Origin: Oculatellaceae cyanobacterium bins.114
GTDB taxonomy: Bacteria; Cyanobacteriota; Cyanobacteriia; Elainellales; Elainellaceae
Direction of reading: 5' to 3'
Length of the DNA: 55,551 nucleotides
Assembly: GCA_033764315.1 (NCBI GenBank)
Contig: JANRJA010000130.1
Coordinates: 1-55,551 of the forward strand
Below the pieces are notes generated by a model. The model did no database searches. It worked only from the letters and a program-made list of their open reading frames with translations, and had not been told where the DNA came from. Position 1 is the first letter of the stretch. Each line of letters starts with the position of its first letter. The position numbers were made by a program, and so were the translations under genes. Of this stretch, positions 19,784 through 30,083 are shown piece by piece.

Positions 19784-20977
19784 ATGAAAATTCTGGTTGC
19801 AAGTCATACCTATATCGTTGATCTGAATTGCGAAAAGCTCAGAGTCATGGCGGCGTTAGAGCCGGGAACTGAGGTAACGGTTGTTGTTCCTCGACGGTGG
19901 AAACCAGGTGGGGTTCAGAACAAGATTATTGAGACTCAACTCAAGCAAGAGGGAGCATTTCAAATCGTTCCTGTATCAAACTTTAGCCAAAACAATCAGG
20001 GATTACTGACGTTTGGAGCTGATTTAGTATCGTTGTTACGGCGATTTCGCCCTGATGTGATCCAGGTTGAGCAGGGTTCTAAAGCTCTGGGCTATGCCGA
20101 ATTTATCACCCTCAATCGGTTGTTGGGATTGGGTGCAAAGAATGTATTTTTTACGTGGTGGAACATTCCCTACCAGTTAAAGTTTCCGATCTCGTGGTTA
20201 GAAGCTTACAATCTGCGGAATACTGATGGGTTAATTGCCGGAAACCAGGATGGAGTCGAGATTTTACGACAACAGGGCTATCACGGACCAGCACGGGTGT
20301 TACCACAACTAGGGGTTGATGAGAGTCTGTTTCGCCCACAACTGCAACCTGACTTAGCTGCTCAACTAGGGATTCAACCCAATGAGTTTGTGGTGGGTTT
20401 TGTAGGGCGGTTTGTCGAAGAAAAAGGACTACTCACACTCAGCAAAGCTTTGGCCGGTTTGAAGGATCGCCCCTGGAAGTGGTTGTTACTTGGTCGAGGT
20501 CCGTTGAAAGAGACATTGATGCAACAGGCGATCGCAGATGGTATTCAAGATCGTTTGATTTGGGTCGAGAGTGTGCCTCATGACACGGTACCCCATTACA
20601 TCAATTTAATGAGCACATTAGTATTACCTTCTGAAACCACCGATAAGTTTAAAACGTTAACGTCGGTCGGGTGGAAGGAGCAGTTTGGGCATGTGTTAAT
20701 TGAAGCAATGGCATGCCAAGTTCCCGTTATTGGTTCTGATTCTGGTGAAATTCCCTTTGTGATCGATCAGGCAGGGCTGACCTTTCCAGAAGGCAATGCC
20801 ACCGAATTGCGCGATCGCCTCCTGCAATTAATGACTCACCCAACTCGTTCAGTAGAATTAGCCAAACGAGGATATGAACGAGCCATGTCCTTATATACCA
20901 ACAAGGCGATCGCCCAGCAACAACTTGATTTCTATAAATCTCTAATTGAGAAGAACGAGTCCGCGAAATTGAATTGA
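19784..20977 (+). CDS. hpsO: GT4 glycosyltransferase, HpsO-like
   Basis: GFVGRFVEEKG, WKEQFGHVLIEAMACQVPVIGSDSG. Confidence 0.78.
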   Translation: MKILVASHTYIVDLNCEKLRVMAALEPGTEVTVVVPRRWKPGGVQNKIIETQLKQEGAFQIVPVSNFSQNNQGLLTFGADLVSLLRRFRPDVIQVEQGSKALGYAEFITLNRLLGLGAKNVFFTWWNIPYQLKFPISWLEAYNLRNTDGLIAGNQDGVEILRQQGYHGPARVLPQLGVDESLFRPQLQPDLAAQLGIQPNEFVVGFVGRFVEEKGLLTLSKALAGLKDRPWKWLLLGRGPLKETLMQQAIADGIQDRLIWVESVPHDTVPHYINLMSTLVLPSETTDKFKTLTSVGWKEQFGHVLIEAMACQVPVIGSDSGEIPFVIDQAGLTFPEGNATELRDRLLQLMTHPTRSVELAKRGYERAMSLYTNKAIAQQQLDFYKSLIEKNESAKLN

Positions 20978-21039
20978 CAAGCCACCTGAGTTAACAGCGG
21001 CATTTAACAACATCACAATTTAATACTTACAGCATTCCT

Positions 21040-22242
21040 ATGCCCCACCCTCTTCGCATTCTCCAAATCGTTCCGTCGATCTCGCTAGTTTATGGAGGTC
21101 CCAGCCAAATGGTGCTGGGGTTCTCTGGTGCGCTAGCACGACAAGGGGCAGAGGTAACGATTCTCACTACCGACTCGAATGGAGATGCAGGTCAGGCTCC
21201 GCTAGACGTACCTCTCGATCGCCCAGTCTCTCAAGATGGCTATCAAATTCGCTACTTCCGGTGTTCTCCGTTCCGTCGTTATAAGTTTTCTCTGGGGCTA
21301 CTCCAATGGTTAGCCAGTCACGCTCGTGAGTTTGATCTGGCTCACATCCATGCCTTGTTTTCGCCTGTGAGTTCAGTTGCAGCAACCGTGGCGCGATCGC
21401 AAAAATTGCCTTATTTGCTGCGTCCACTGGGGACTCTCGACCCCGCTGATTTGCAGAAAAAGCGTCGCCTCAAACAAATTTACGCGGCTCTTTTAGAGCG
21501 TCCTAATCTAGCAGGAGCGGCAGCCATTCACTTTACCAGCGATCAAGAAGCCAAAGTATCAGAAAGATTTGGAGTGACAACGCGAGATCTCGTTCTACCA
21601 CTGGGAGTGAGCCTGCCTCAAGTTCACAGTTTTGATGGCGCAAGCACCGATGTTTTGGCAGAACTGGGGATTCCGGGCGATCGCCCTCGTGTGCTATTTA
21701 TGTCTCGCATTGATCCTAAAAAGGGACTCGATCTGTTGATTCCTGCTCTGGAACAGCTTCTAAAAGAAGGATTACAATTTCATCTCATTTTGGCTGGAGC
21801 TAACCCTCAAGATCCTACCTATGAGACCAAAATTCATACTCAAATCAAAACCTCCCCTTTAGGGCAACATGCCACCATCACTGGGTTTGTCACTGGCGAC
21901 GCAAAAACAGCTCTTCTGCAAAATGCTGACCTATTTGTATTGCCTTCTTACTATGAAAATTTTGGAATCGCTGTCGCAGAAGCAATGGCTGTTGGCATTC
22001 CGGTAGTCATCTCTGATCAGGTGCATATTTGGCAAGAGGTACAAGCAGCAGATGCAGGGTGGGTCAGTACTTGCACTGTCGAATCGTTGACAGCTCAATT
22101 GAGAGACGCATTGGACAATGCAAACGAACGCCAACGTCGGGGTGCCCTAGCGCAAACCCATGCCCTAAAACACTATAGCTGGGATGCGATCGCCCAACAA
22201 ACGCTGCGAGCCTATCAACAGATCTTGGCAAGCAAACTCTAG
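21040..22242 (+). CDS. hpsP: GT4 glycosyltransferase, HpsP-like
   Basis: YGGPS, FMSRIDPKKG, PSYYENFGIAVAEAMA. Confidence 0.78.
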   Translation: MPHPLRILQIVPSISLVYGGPSQMVLGFSGALARQGAEVTILTTDSNGDAGQAPLDVPLDRPVSQDGYQIRYFRCSPFRRYKFSLGLLQWLASHAREFDLAHIHALFSPVSSVAATVARSQKLPYLLRPLGTLDPADLQKKRRLKQIYAALLERPNLAGAAAIHFTSDQEAKVSERFGVTTRDLVLPLGVSLPQVHSFDGASTDVLAELGIPGDRPRVLFMSRIDPKKGLDLLIPALEQLLKEGLQFHLILAGANPQDPTYETKIHTQIKTSPLGQHATITGFVTGDAKTALLQNADLFVLPSYYENFGIAVAEAMAVGIPVVISDQVHIWQEVQAADAGWVSTCTVESLTAQLRDALDNANERQRRGALAQTHALKHYSWDAIAQQTLRAYQQILASKL

Positions 22243-22264
22243 AATATTAACGGCTGATAGGGGT

Positions 22265-22942
22265 TTAGCTAGCAAACTGGTTTCCACGTTTTAAGGATTC
22301 CAGTGCCTCATCCATCTCAACCTGGTGAAACTCACCATAAAATCGACTCACACTAAAAAATGACTCAGGACTGGCTAAGATAATGACGCGATCGCCCCAA
22401 TGTCCTAACGTGTGTACCATATGTTTTGGGGCAACCGGGGCACAGATCAAGATTTGGGCTGGGCGTTTTGCCCGCAGTGCACGTGCTGCAACCGCCATCG
22501 TCATCCCAGTAGCAATGCCATCATCTACTAAAATGGCGATCGCTCCCTGTGCATCCACAAGGGGTCGCAGGTCTTTAAACTGAGCCAGTTGAGCCTGTGC
22601 CTTAGTTTGTGCTTGCTGCAATGCAGTGCGCCAAGTGCCATTATTCAACTGCATAAAACACTCTTGACGCGATCGAATCACATGCCCATCTGCCGTGACC
22701 GCCCCGATCGCCAACTCAGGATTTTCTGGACGAGTAATTTTTTTAGCCACCACAACATCTAGCGGACAATGTAACAATTGCGCTAATGGCTCGGCAATCG
22801 GTAGGCCACCTTTGGGCAACGCATAGACAATCGGTTTGACCCCAGACTGAGTTGCACTCAAGTTTGCCATCTCTACAAGGACAGCTTGGGCAAGTTGATG
22901 ACCCGCATCGTGACGATCGTGAAACAATGGAAAATTAGGCAT
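22265..22942 (-). CDS. Type I phosphoribosyltransferase family protein
   Basis: FHDRHDAG, ALPKGG, PELAIGA, PRPP-binding VDDGIATG; ATG 22942 preceded by GGAGG. Confidence 0.88.
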   Translation of the reverse strand: MPNFPLFHDRHDAGHQLAQAVLVEMANLSATQSGVKPIVYALPKGGLPIAEPLAQLLHCPLDVVVAKKITRPENPELAIGAVTADGHVIRSRQECFMQLNNGTWRTALQQAQTKAQAQLAQFKDLRPLVDAQGAIAILVDDGIATGMTMAVAARALRAKRPAQILICAPVAPKHMVHTLGHWGDRVIILASPESFFSVSRFYGEFHQVEMDEALESLKRGNQFAS

Positions 22943-23181
22943 AGCTCCCTCCAACTATACTTGGGGGATCATCTTAATCATGCCTGATTTTTGTCAGATT
23001 GAACTGTATCGAACGGTTTATCTATTTTCGTGATATCTTTTCTGTCTTGACGAGGACTTTAGAAATCGAAGATTCACTCTAAAATAATAGTTCTTGACGT
23101 TGCCTGTCTGACTTCCTGAGGCTTTTATGCATCTACCGGAATTTCTGCCAAGGCACTCAACGCCTTTAGATTCAATAATTC

Positions 23182-23883
23182 ATGGATAGTAAAGAGCAAA
23201 TTGACCTGTTCAATCTGGCAGAAGTTGAAACACCCGCTCTTCCGGTTGATTTCAACCCAGACCTGATTCCCACCAGTGCTAAAATCCCCATTCCTCGTAG
23301 CATCTACTCTTCAATGGAAGAGATTAAGGTGCACTGCAACCAATGTCAGAGGTGTGACTTGGGAGCAACTCGAACTCATGCTGTCGTCAGTCGAGGCAGT
23401 GTTGAGGCACCTATCCTGCTTATTGGAGAAGGGCCGGGGCAAAATGAAGATGAAACTGGCACGCCTTTTGTTGGAAAGGCCGGACAACTGCTAGACAAAA
23501 TTTTAGACTCTGTGCAACTCACCGAGGCAGATGTTTTTATTTGTAATATCGTCAAGTGCCGTCCTCCCGGAAATCGCACACCCACAACCGACGAGATGGA
23601 TGCCTGTAGACCTTACCTGCTTGAGCAGATTCGCATGGTCGATCCTAAAATTATTTTGCTGACAGGGGCTTCATCGGTCAAAGGCTTAACTGGAGATAAA
23701 CGGGGAATTACTAAAATTCGGGGCGAGTGGCTTGAGTGGGATAACCGTTTGTGTATGCCTATCTTTCACCCTGCCTATTTATTACGCAATGCCTCACGCG
23801 ACAAAGGCAGTCCCAAGTGGCTAATGTGGCAGGATATTCAGAAAGTGCGTGCTAAATTGGACGAAATTCGGGCACAGGCTTAA
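23182..23883 (+). CDS. Family 4 uracil-DNA glycosylase (4Fe-4S)
   Basis: CxxC, GEGPG..ED..G.PFVG, KCRPPGNR, FHPAYLLRN. Confidence 0.92.
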   Translation: MDSKEQIDLFNLAEVETPALPVDFNPDLIPTSAKIPIPRSIYSSMEEIKVHCNQCQRCDLGATRTHAVVSRGSVEAPILLIGEGPGQNEDETGTPFVGKAGQLLDKILDSVQLTEADVFICNIVKCRPPGNRTPTTDEMDACRPYLLEQIRMVDPKIILLTGASSVKGLTGDKRGITKIRGEWLEWDNRLCMPIFHPAYLLRNASRDKGSPKWLMWQDIQKVRAKLDEIRAQA

Positions 23884-23895
23884 GTAGGGAAATAG

Positions 23896-23941
23896 TAAAG
23901 TGTGAAAGAGACGCGATTAATCGCGTCTCTTTCACACTTTA
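23896..23941. terminator. 46-bp perfect palindrome between convergent UDG and sdhA genes
   Basis: TAAAGTGTGAAAGAGACGCGATT|AATCGCGTCTCTTTCACACTTTA, checked base by base. Confidence 0.8.
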
Positions 23942-23949
23942 GTCTCTCT

Positions 23950-25677
23950 TTAATATTTCCGCTCTTGAGGTTGAAACATGGTGATGGCTACAGGCAGTTC
24001 GCGAATATCAATTCCAGCAGGAGAATAGTAAGCCATCGTGTGCTTCAGAAAATTGCCATCATCCCGATCAGGATAATCTTCTCGACAGTGGGCACCTCGA
24101 CTCTCTCGACGATTGAGGGCACTCGTAAGGATCACTTCACCCACGGCTAATAAGCTCTGCAACTCCAATGCCTCAGTCACTTCTGTATTCCAAAGTTTAC
24201 CTTTGTCATCTAGATAAATCTTTTGGGCCTGTTGACGAATTTGTTGCAATTTGTCTAGTCCTTCCTGCATTAGGGTTTCTGTACGAAAGACGCCGCAATA
24301 GTCAGTCATGCAATCTTGGAATGCTTGCCTGACTTGAGCAATCCGGTATTCTCCAGACTGATTCAACAAGGCTTGTAGCTGTTGTGCTGCCGATGTCAAA
24401 TAGCGTTTTTCGTCGAGATCAGGCAGTTTACGATTTTGAACATATTGGGCGATCGCCGCTCCAGTTCTGCGCCCATAAACCACACACTCCAACAAGGAAT
24501 TACTGCCCAACCGATTAGCCCCATGAACCGAAACGCAAGCGGTTTCTCCGGCTGCAAAGAATCCCTCAGTTAGACTCTCTGAACTACTACGGACTCTGCC
24601 ATCTGTATTGACCGGAATGCCCCCCATTGAGTAGTGAACAGTAGGGCGGACAGGCATTGGCTGATGAACTGCATCAATCCCTACTAGGCGATGAGCTTCT
24701 TCCCAGCAAAAGGGCACTCGGCTCATGATTTTCTCTTCACCCATGTGACGCAAATCCAGATAGACAAATGGACCTCCGGCACTGCCATCAGGATAAGCAC
24801 CCCGTCCCGCGCGGATTTCTTTAGTAATCGCTCGTGAAGTAATGTCTCGCGGAGCTAACTCCATCCGACTAGGAGCGTAATTTGCCATGAAGCGATCGCC
24901 CCCAGCATTAATTAGATAGGCTCCTTCCCCTCGTACCGCTTCTGAAATCAAAACCCCAACTGGATATAAGCCAGTCGGGTGAAACTGGACAAACTCCATA
25001 TCTTCAAGGGGCAATCCAGCCGCAGCAGTCATCGCCAACCCATCTCCAGTCGAGGCATAGTCATTAGAGGTAGTGTTATAGACCCGACCATAACCACCCG
25101 TTGCAAACATCACCGCCTTGGCTCGCACAATCTCAATCTGAGCATTGCGGATGTTAAACATGACCAGTCCCTTCGCCTGACCCTCTTCAAAAATCAAGCG
25201 CATGACATACCATTCGTCATAGACCTTGACACCGTAGCGCATCAAGTTAGAAATCAACTCATGCAGAATGGCGTGTCCCGTTTTATCGGCTGCATAGCAC
25301 GTCCGATTATGGGAATGCCCGCCAAAAGCACGTTGAGCGATTCGACCATCAGACAGGCGTGAAAACAACACCCCCATATGCTCTAAATCGATCACTACAT
25401 CCGGTGCTTCACGCGTCAAAATCTCGACCGCATCTTGATCCGCCAGGTAATCTGACCCTTTAACAGTGTCAAAAGCGTGGGCTTCCCAACTATCTTCAGC
25501 ATCAACATTTTTAAGAGTGGCAGCAATTCCACCCTGAGCCGCTACAGAGTGCGATCGAATCGGGTGAGTCTTAGCCACTACAGCAACATTTAGCCGAGAA
25601 TCTGTGCGGGCAATTTCCACAGCCGCACGTGACCCAGCCAATCCGCCGCCAACAATGATCACGTCATGCTCAATCAT
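23950..25677 (-). CDS. sdhA: Succinate dehydrogenase/fumarate reductase flavoprotein subunit
   Basis: VGGGLAG, RSHSVAAQGG (FAD-linked His), QFHPT, HGANRLGSNSL, RESRGAH. Confidence 0.95.
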   Translation of the reverse strand: MIEHDVIIVGGGLAGSRAAVEIARTDSRLNVAVVAKTHPIRSHSVAAQGGIAATLKNVDAEDSWEAHAFDTVKGSDYLADQDAVEILTREAPDVVIDLEHMGVLFSRLSDGRIAQRAFGGHSHNRTCYAADKTGHAILHELISNLMRYGVKVYDEWYVMRLIFEEGQAKGLVMFNIRNAQIEIVRAKAVMFATGGYGRVYNTTSNDYASTGDGLAMTAAAGLPLEDMEFVQFHPTGLYPVGVLISEAVRGEGAYLINAGGDRFMANYAPSRMELAPRDITSRAITKEIRAGRGAYPDGSAGGPFVYLDLRHMGEEKIMSRVPFCWEEAHRLVGIDAVHQPMPVRPTVHYSMGGIPVNTDGRVRSSSESLTEGFFAAGETACVSVHGANRLGSNSLLECVVYGRRTGAAIAQYVQNRKLPDLDEKRYLTSAAQQLQALLNQSGEYRIAQVRQAFQDCMTDYCGVFRTETLMQEGLDKLQQIRQQAQKIYLDDKGKLWNTEVTEALELQSLLAVGEVILTSALNRRESRGAHCREDYPDRDDGNFLKHTMAYYSPAGIDIRELPVAITMFQPQERKY

Positions 25678-25845
25678 GCTCAACTCATCATAAAAACAGC
25701 ATTCTCATCTATCGTGACGCAAAAAAAAGCCTCTACCCAAGAGCAGAGAACTTTTTTAAGAAACGGAGTCATTTGATCATGATAAAAGCGGATTGTGAAT
25801 TCTCCGTCTTCTATCATCGTGAAGATTCCTCTTGCAAATTTAGAA

Positions 25846-26157
25846 TTAGCTCGCCGCTTGAGCGGGCCGTTGAGTCGTTACGGTGCTAGATTCCAACTTT
25901 TTTTCAGCCGCGGCATCTAAGGGTGAGAATTGAATATGATTCAATAGCGTTGTGACAAACGCGAATAAAAGAAATGGCAAAGACAGCACCAAGATCAAAC
26001 CAACTGTTGCCAGAGCATAAATAGGACGGCTAGCCCCCATTAAAGCAAGAGCCGATGCCAAACTTAGAAAAATGACAATCAACCAAACGACAATCTGGCC
26101 GTAAATATCGCCAAAGGAAAGCGTGCAGACAACTTGATATTTAGGTATCTTATCCAT
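25846..26157 (-). CDS. Small two-helix membrane protein (hypothetical)
   Basis: 103 aa with two long hydrophobic segments. Confidence 0.75.
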   Translation of the reverse strand: MDKIPKYQVVCTLSFGDIYGQIVVWLIVIFLSLASALALMGASRPIYALATVGLILVLSLPFLLFAFVTTLLNHIQFSPLDAAAEKKLESSTVTTQRPAQAAS

Positions 26158-26282
26158 GACAGTTCCGTTAATAACCCAGTTAAAGTTCTAGAGTAAGATG
26201 CTCCCAGAGTTTTGCATAGTTTGTCTAAATTTTCTTAAAAGGTTGCAACAGGGCTTTACAATCTGTTTTGGATTGCAACATC

Positions 26283-26903
26283 ATGACTGGGCATAGCACT
26301 TCCTCCGCTAGGGTTATCACTCCTCCTCATCGATACGTGTTGTTCTATAAACCCTACGATGTGCTGACACAGTTTACTGATGAGGCAGGTGTAAATAGGT
26401 CGCCTAGAAAAACTCTCAAAGATTACATTCCAGTACCCAATGTTTATCCTGTGGGCCGGCTCGATCGCGACAGTGAAGGGTTGTTGCTCCTCACCGACAA
26501 TGGTCGGCTTCAGCACCGCTTGACCGATCCCAAGTTTCATCATCCTCGTACTTACTGGGTTCAAGTTGAGCGCATTCCTGACCAAGCTGCCTTACAACAT
26601 TTGCAGCGAGGAGTTAAGATTCAGAATTACCAAACGCGCCCCGCAACCGTAAAATTACTGGTAGATGATCCACAATTACCACCACGAGATCCGCCGATCC
26701 GCTTTCGCAAATCGGTACCAACAGCCTGGTTAGAAATGACACTCACTGAGGGTCGCAATCGTCAGATACGTCGAATGACCGCTGCTGTTGGTTTTCCAAC
26801 ATTGCGGTTAGTGCGAGTCGCAATCGCCCACTTACAATTAGACGGGTTAGAGCCAGGTCAATGGCGAGAGCTATCTAAGAACGAACTCAAGCTGCTCAAT
26901 TAA
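26283..26903 (+). CDS. rluE: rRNA pseudouridine synthase, RsuA/RluE family
   Basis: [42 protein letters not shown]; no S4 domain. Confidence 0.85.
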   Translation: MTGHSTSSARVITPPHRYVLFYKPYDVLTQFTDEAGVNRSPRKTLKDYIPVPNVYPVGRLDRDSEGLLLLTDNGRLQHRLTDPKFHHPRTYWVQVERIPDQAALQHLQRGVKIQNYQTRPATVKLLVDDPQLPPRDPPIRFRKSVPTAWLEMTLTEGRNRQIRRMTAAVGFPTLRLVRVAIAHLQLDGLEPGQWRELSKNELKLLN

Positions 26904-27242
26904 CTAAGTATATTCACCGTATACGCACTACTTTCTCTACAATTGCAACGTTTGTGTAAAGCAAAACATCCTTTACAGCAACCTCTATTTGTGGGTTGAA
27001 TCAAGATATAGCACTTTTGTTTTTTGATACTTCAGTTCTGGGTAACCTAGAGAGGGGCTATGCCAACTATGGCTTTTCAAACCTATCGTGTAACCTGTAA
27101 AAGTAATACCTTTCGTAAGTTGCTAGTCCACAGTAGATTGTTCGTAACAATTCTGTAAAAAAATACCCAGAATTGATGTCATGCAGTGAATACTGAGATT
27201 CAGAGCCACTGGCAGTTATAACGGGAGTAAGGAAGTCCCAAG

Positions 27243-29273
27243 ATGCTTGTTTGTCCCCAATGTCAGTTTGAGAACCCAGATGATCATAAATTTTGTCAGA
27301 AGTGCGGTGTTTCTCTGACAGAAGTTGTTTGTCCCGGTTGTGATGCAACAGTTCCCTCTGATGTAGAACAGTGTCCTCATTGCGGCACAACAACAGGAAC
27401 CTTTTGGTGGGCAGTTCAACTGCCTAACCCCTCGGTCACACAATCTCAGACAACTGCTCAAACGACGCCTCAAGCAGCTATTGCCCCTCCCCAATATCTT
27501 GATCCCCAGAAAAGATATAAACTCCTCGACCCTCTTCTTCCTTCCAGCTCAGTTCAGGATGCAGAAGCACAAGTTCTAGATTGCCAACCTTACCAACCCA
27601 CTCTCATCGATATTCTTCAGGAGCAGTCGCCCGAGTTCTTTAATGAGCTAGAGACAACAGAAAGATTTTCAAACCCCAGTGATGCTATGTCTTCGACAGA
27701 GGAAACCTCTTTAATTAAAGATTTGACCGTTCCAGCGATCGCTCAGACCTATCTAGCACTGCAATCCCAACTTCATCCTTCACTACCCAAACTACATGAT
27801 GCTTGGGAACAAGATGGACAAGCCACCCTGCTATTAGAAGATCGTTCAGAACTAACTTTATTATCCGATGCTTGGAGTTCTGACGATGTCTTGCCGTTGC
27901 AAATTTTGCATTGGCTCTATCAAATGACAGAAGTTTGGAAATTATTAGAACCTCATCACTGTTGTCAAAGCCTTTTAGAGCTAAGCAATCTGCGAATTGA
28001 TGAAGACCAGTTATTGTGCTTACAGCGACTCTACTTTGAAACACCAGAGCACGTATTGCAGCTCAAACATCTGGGGCGTTTGTGGCAACTGCTGTTTCAA
28101 ATGTCACAGCGTACTCAATTAGGGTCACTCGTGCGTCTATGTCACGATTTAGAATCCGGTGAAGTCACTGACATAGAGACATTACAGGCTCAGTTTGAAG
28201 CGATCGCCAATGAATTGCAACCTGAGGTAGCTCAACCCCCTACTTCTCCACCGCTACCCCCTCCAAATCTGTTAGAGGATAGCGATCGAACTATCGAACT
28301 GCCTCCTCCTCCCAATCTGTCTTCTGCCTCATTCCCAACCGCTGACATGAGTGTTTCAAGCAGCCCAACTCGATTTGAGTTAGGCAACCTGGAAGACGAC
28401 ACTACGGGCGAGGGCGACGACATTCCGACGGTCGTGCTGCCCATGAAGCTGATTAATTTAGAAGATGCAGGACGCACCGATGTTGGCAAACAACGAGAGC
28501 ACAACGAAGACTGCTTTAGCATTCAAGTTGACCTGAAGAAATTAGAAAGTCCTTCTGGTCGTACAGTGCAGGCTAAAGGACTTTACATTTTGTGTGATGG
28601 CATGGGTGGACATGCCGGAGGTGAAGTTGCGAGTGCAATGGCCGTTGAAACCCTGAAAAAATATTTTGAGGCTAACTGGCATGAGCAATTGCCCTCCGAG
28701 GAAAGCATTCGTGAAGCGATTCAACTCACTAACAAAGCAATTTATGACTTGAATCAGCAAAATGATCGCTCTGGTAGCGGTCGGATGGGAACAACATTAG
28801 TGTTGTTATTAGTACACGATACTCATGCTGCGATCGCCCATGTTGGAGATAGCCGTCTCTATCGCTTTAGCCGTCGTCGAGGGCTTGAACAAATCACAGT
28901 GGATCACGAAGTGGGTCAACGTGAAATTCAACGAGGTGTAGAACCTGCAATCGCCTATGCTCGACCTGATGCTTATCAGTTAACTCAAGCTTTAGGCCCA
29001 CGAGACGAAAACTTCGTCAACCCAGATGTACAGTTCATCGAATTAAGCGAAGATCTGTTGCTGTTGCTGTGTTCTGACGGACTGACGGACAACGATTTGC
29101 TAGAGACCCATTGGCGGACTCACGTTGAGCCACTCATTAGCTCTCAAACCAATCTTGAGCAAGGAGTTAGCCAACTGATTGACTTAGCCAACCACTACAA
29201 CGGTCACGATAACATCACCGCAGTGGTCATTAGAACAAAAGTCCGACCTAACCTGGAACAGTTAAAACGCTAA
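27243..29273 (+). CDS. PP2C-family Ser/Thr phosphatase with N-terminal double zinc ribbon
   Basis: Four CxxC pairs; REHNED, CDGMGGH, MGTT, AHVGDSR, LCSDGL, GHDNIT. Confidence 0.92.
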   Translation: MLVCPQCQFENPDDHKFCQKCGVSLTEVVCPGCDATVPSDVEQCPHCGTTTGTFWWAVQLPNPSVTQSQTTAQTTPQAAIAPPQYLDPQKRYKLLDPLLPSSSVQDAEAQVLDCQPYQPTLIDILQEQSPEFFNELETTERFSNPSDAMSSTEETSLIKDLTVPAIAQTYLALQSQLHPSLPKLHDAWEQDGQATLLLEDRSELTLLSDAWSSDDVLPLQILHWLYQMTEVWKLLEPHHCCQSLLELSNLRIDEDQLLCLQRLYFETPEHVLQLKHLGRLWQLLFQMSQRTQLGSLVRLCHDLESGEVTDIETLQAQFEAIANELQPEVAQPPTSPPLPPPNLLEDSDRTIELPPPPNLSSASFPTADMSVSSSPTRFELGNLEDDTTGEGDDIPTVVLPMKLINLEDAGRTDVGKQREHNEDCFSIQVDLKKLESPSGRTVQAKGLYILCDGMGGHAGGEVASAMAVETLKKYFEANWHEQLPSEESIREAIQLTNKAIYDLNQQNDRSGSGRMGTTLVLLLVHDTHAAIAHVGDSRLYRFSRRRGLEQITVDHEVGQREIQRGVEPAIAYARPDAYQLTQALGPRDENFVNPDVQFIELSEDLLLLLCSDGLTDNDLLETHWRTHVEPLISSQTNLEQGVSQLIDLANHYNGHDNITAVVIRTKVRPNLEQLKR

Positions 29274-29319
29274 CAGAGCCAGCTAGATAAATGAGATCAA
29301 TGAGTAATCATAAACAAAG

Positions 29320-29358
29320 CTTTAGTTCAACCGGTTTAGAGGATCAGTTGAACTAAAG
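29320..29358. terminator. Hairpin between convergent genes
   Basis: CTTTAGTTCAAC / GTTGAACTAAAG. Confidence 0.6.
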
Positions 29359-29368
29359 GAGGATGTCC

Positions 29369-29602
29369 TCAGTTTTCTTCCCAAGTTTCAACAGCGAGCA
29401 AATCGCTGATTGGGTCACGCATTGAAAAGTCAAAGTCTTCTAACTCCTTCTTCCAATATGACCATTCATCTCCATACAGAAGAGCAATCTTCCAAATGCT
29501 GTCAGTTGGTTTGATTGCTTTTGATTCTACAAGTGAGCGCACCTTACCTTGAAATTTCACCATTGGGTGAATGACCTGCTGGTTCATTACAGTTCTAGCC
29601 AT
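29369..29602 (-). CDS. DUF4327-family cyanobacterial protein
   Basis: HPMVKFQGKVRSLVES..PTDSIWKIALLYGDEW..F.MRDPISDLLAVETWEE. Confidence 0.8.
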   Translation of the reverse strand: MARTVMNQQVIHPMVKFQGKVRSLVESKAIKPTDSIWKIALLYGDEWSYWKKELEDFDFSMRDPISDLLAVETWEEN

Positions 29603-30083
29603 GAATAAATTTTGAAATATCTATCTGAAACACATCCTGGCTTGGTTCAGCACCATCTACACGTAGCTCTTGGGCTGCCAGGAATTTGCCTCTAACGCAT
29701 CATCGTATCACAAACTTTTAGAAACGGTTGGGCAGAGCCTCTTGGATCAAACGTAATTGATGATTTTAATTAAAAAAATTTAATCAATAATTAAAGATTA
29801 TGCAAAGATTACGCCTCTAGCTACGTGCCATCTCTTGTCTCTATAGAGAGGTAGAGACTCGCCAATCTGGTGAACGATGTAAGACTGACTAGAGGTGAGA
29901 CTGACTAAAGAACAGAGGTTTGCGGGGCTTTGAATCTATCGTTAAAGCGCGAACCTATCTACAAGAGTGATCCAGATTGAATTACTATGAAGCAGGAATT
30001 AACATCAACCATTAGCTTTAATTTTAAGTTGTTAGGCTTTATAATTAGACTTTTGGGTAACGATTAGAGAGAGGAATCGATAA

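Noticed and set aside
27097..27109. NtcA site upstream of the PP2C gene
   Set aside because: GTA-N7-TAC spacing rather than the required GTA-N8-TAC
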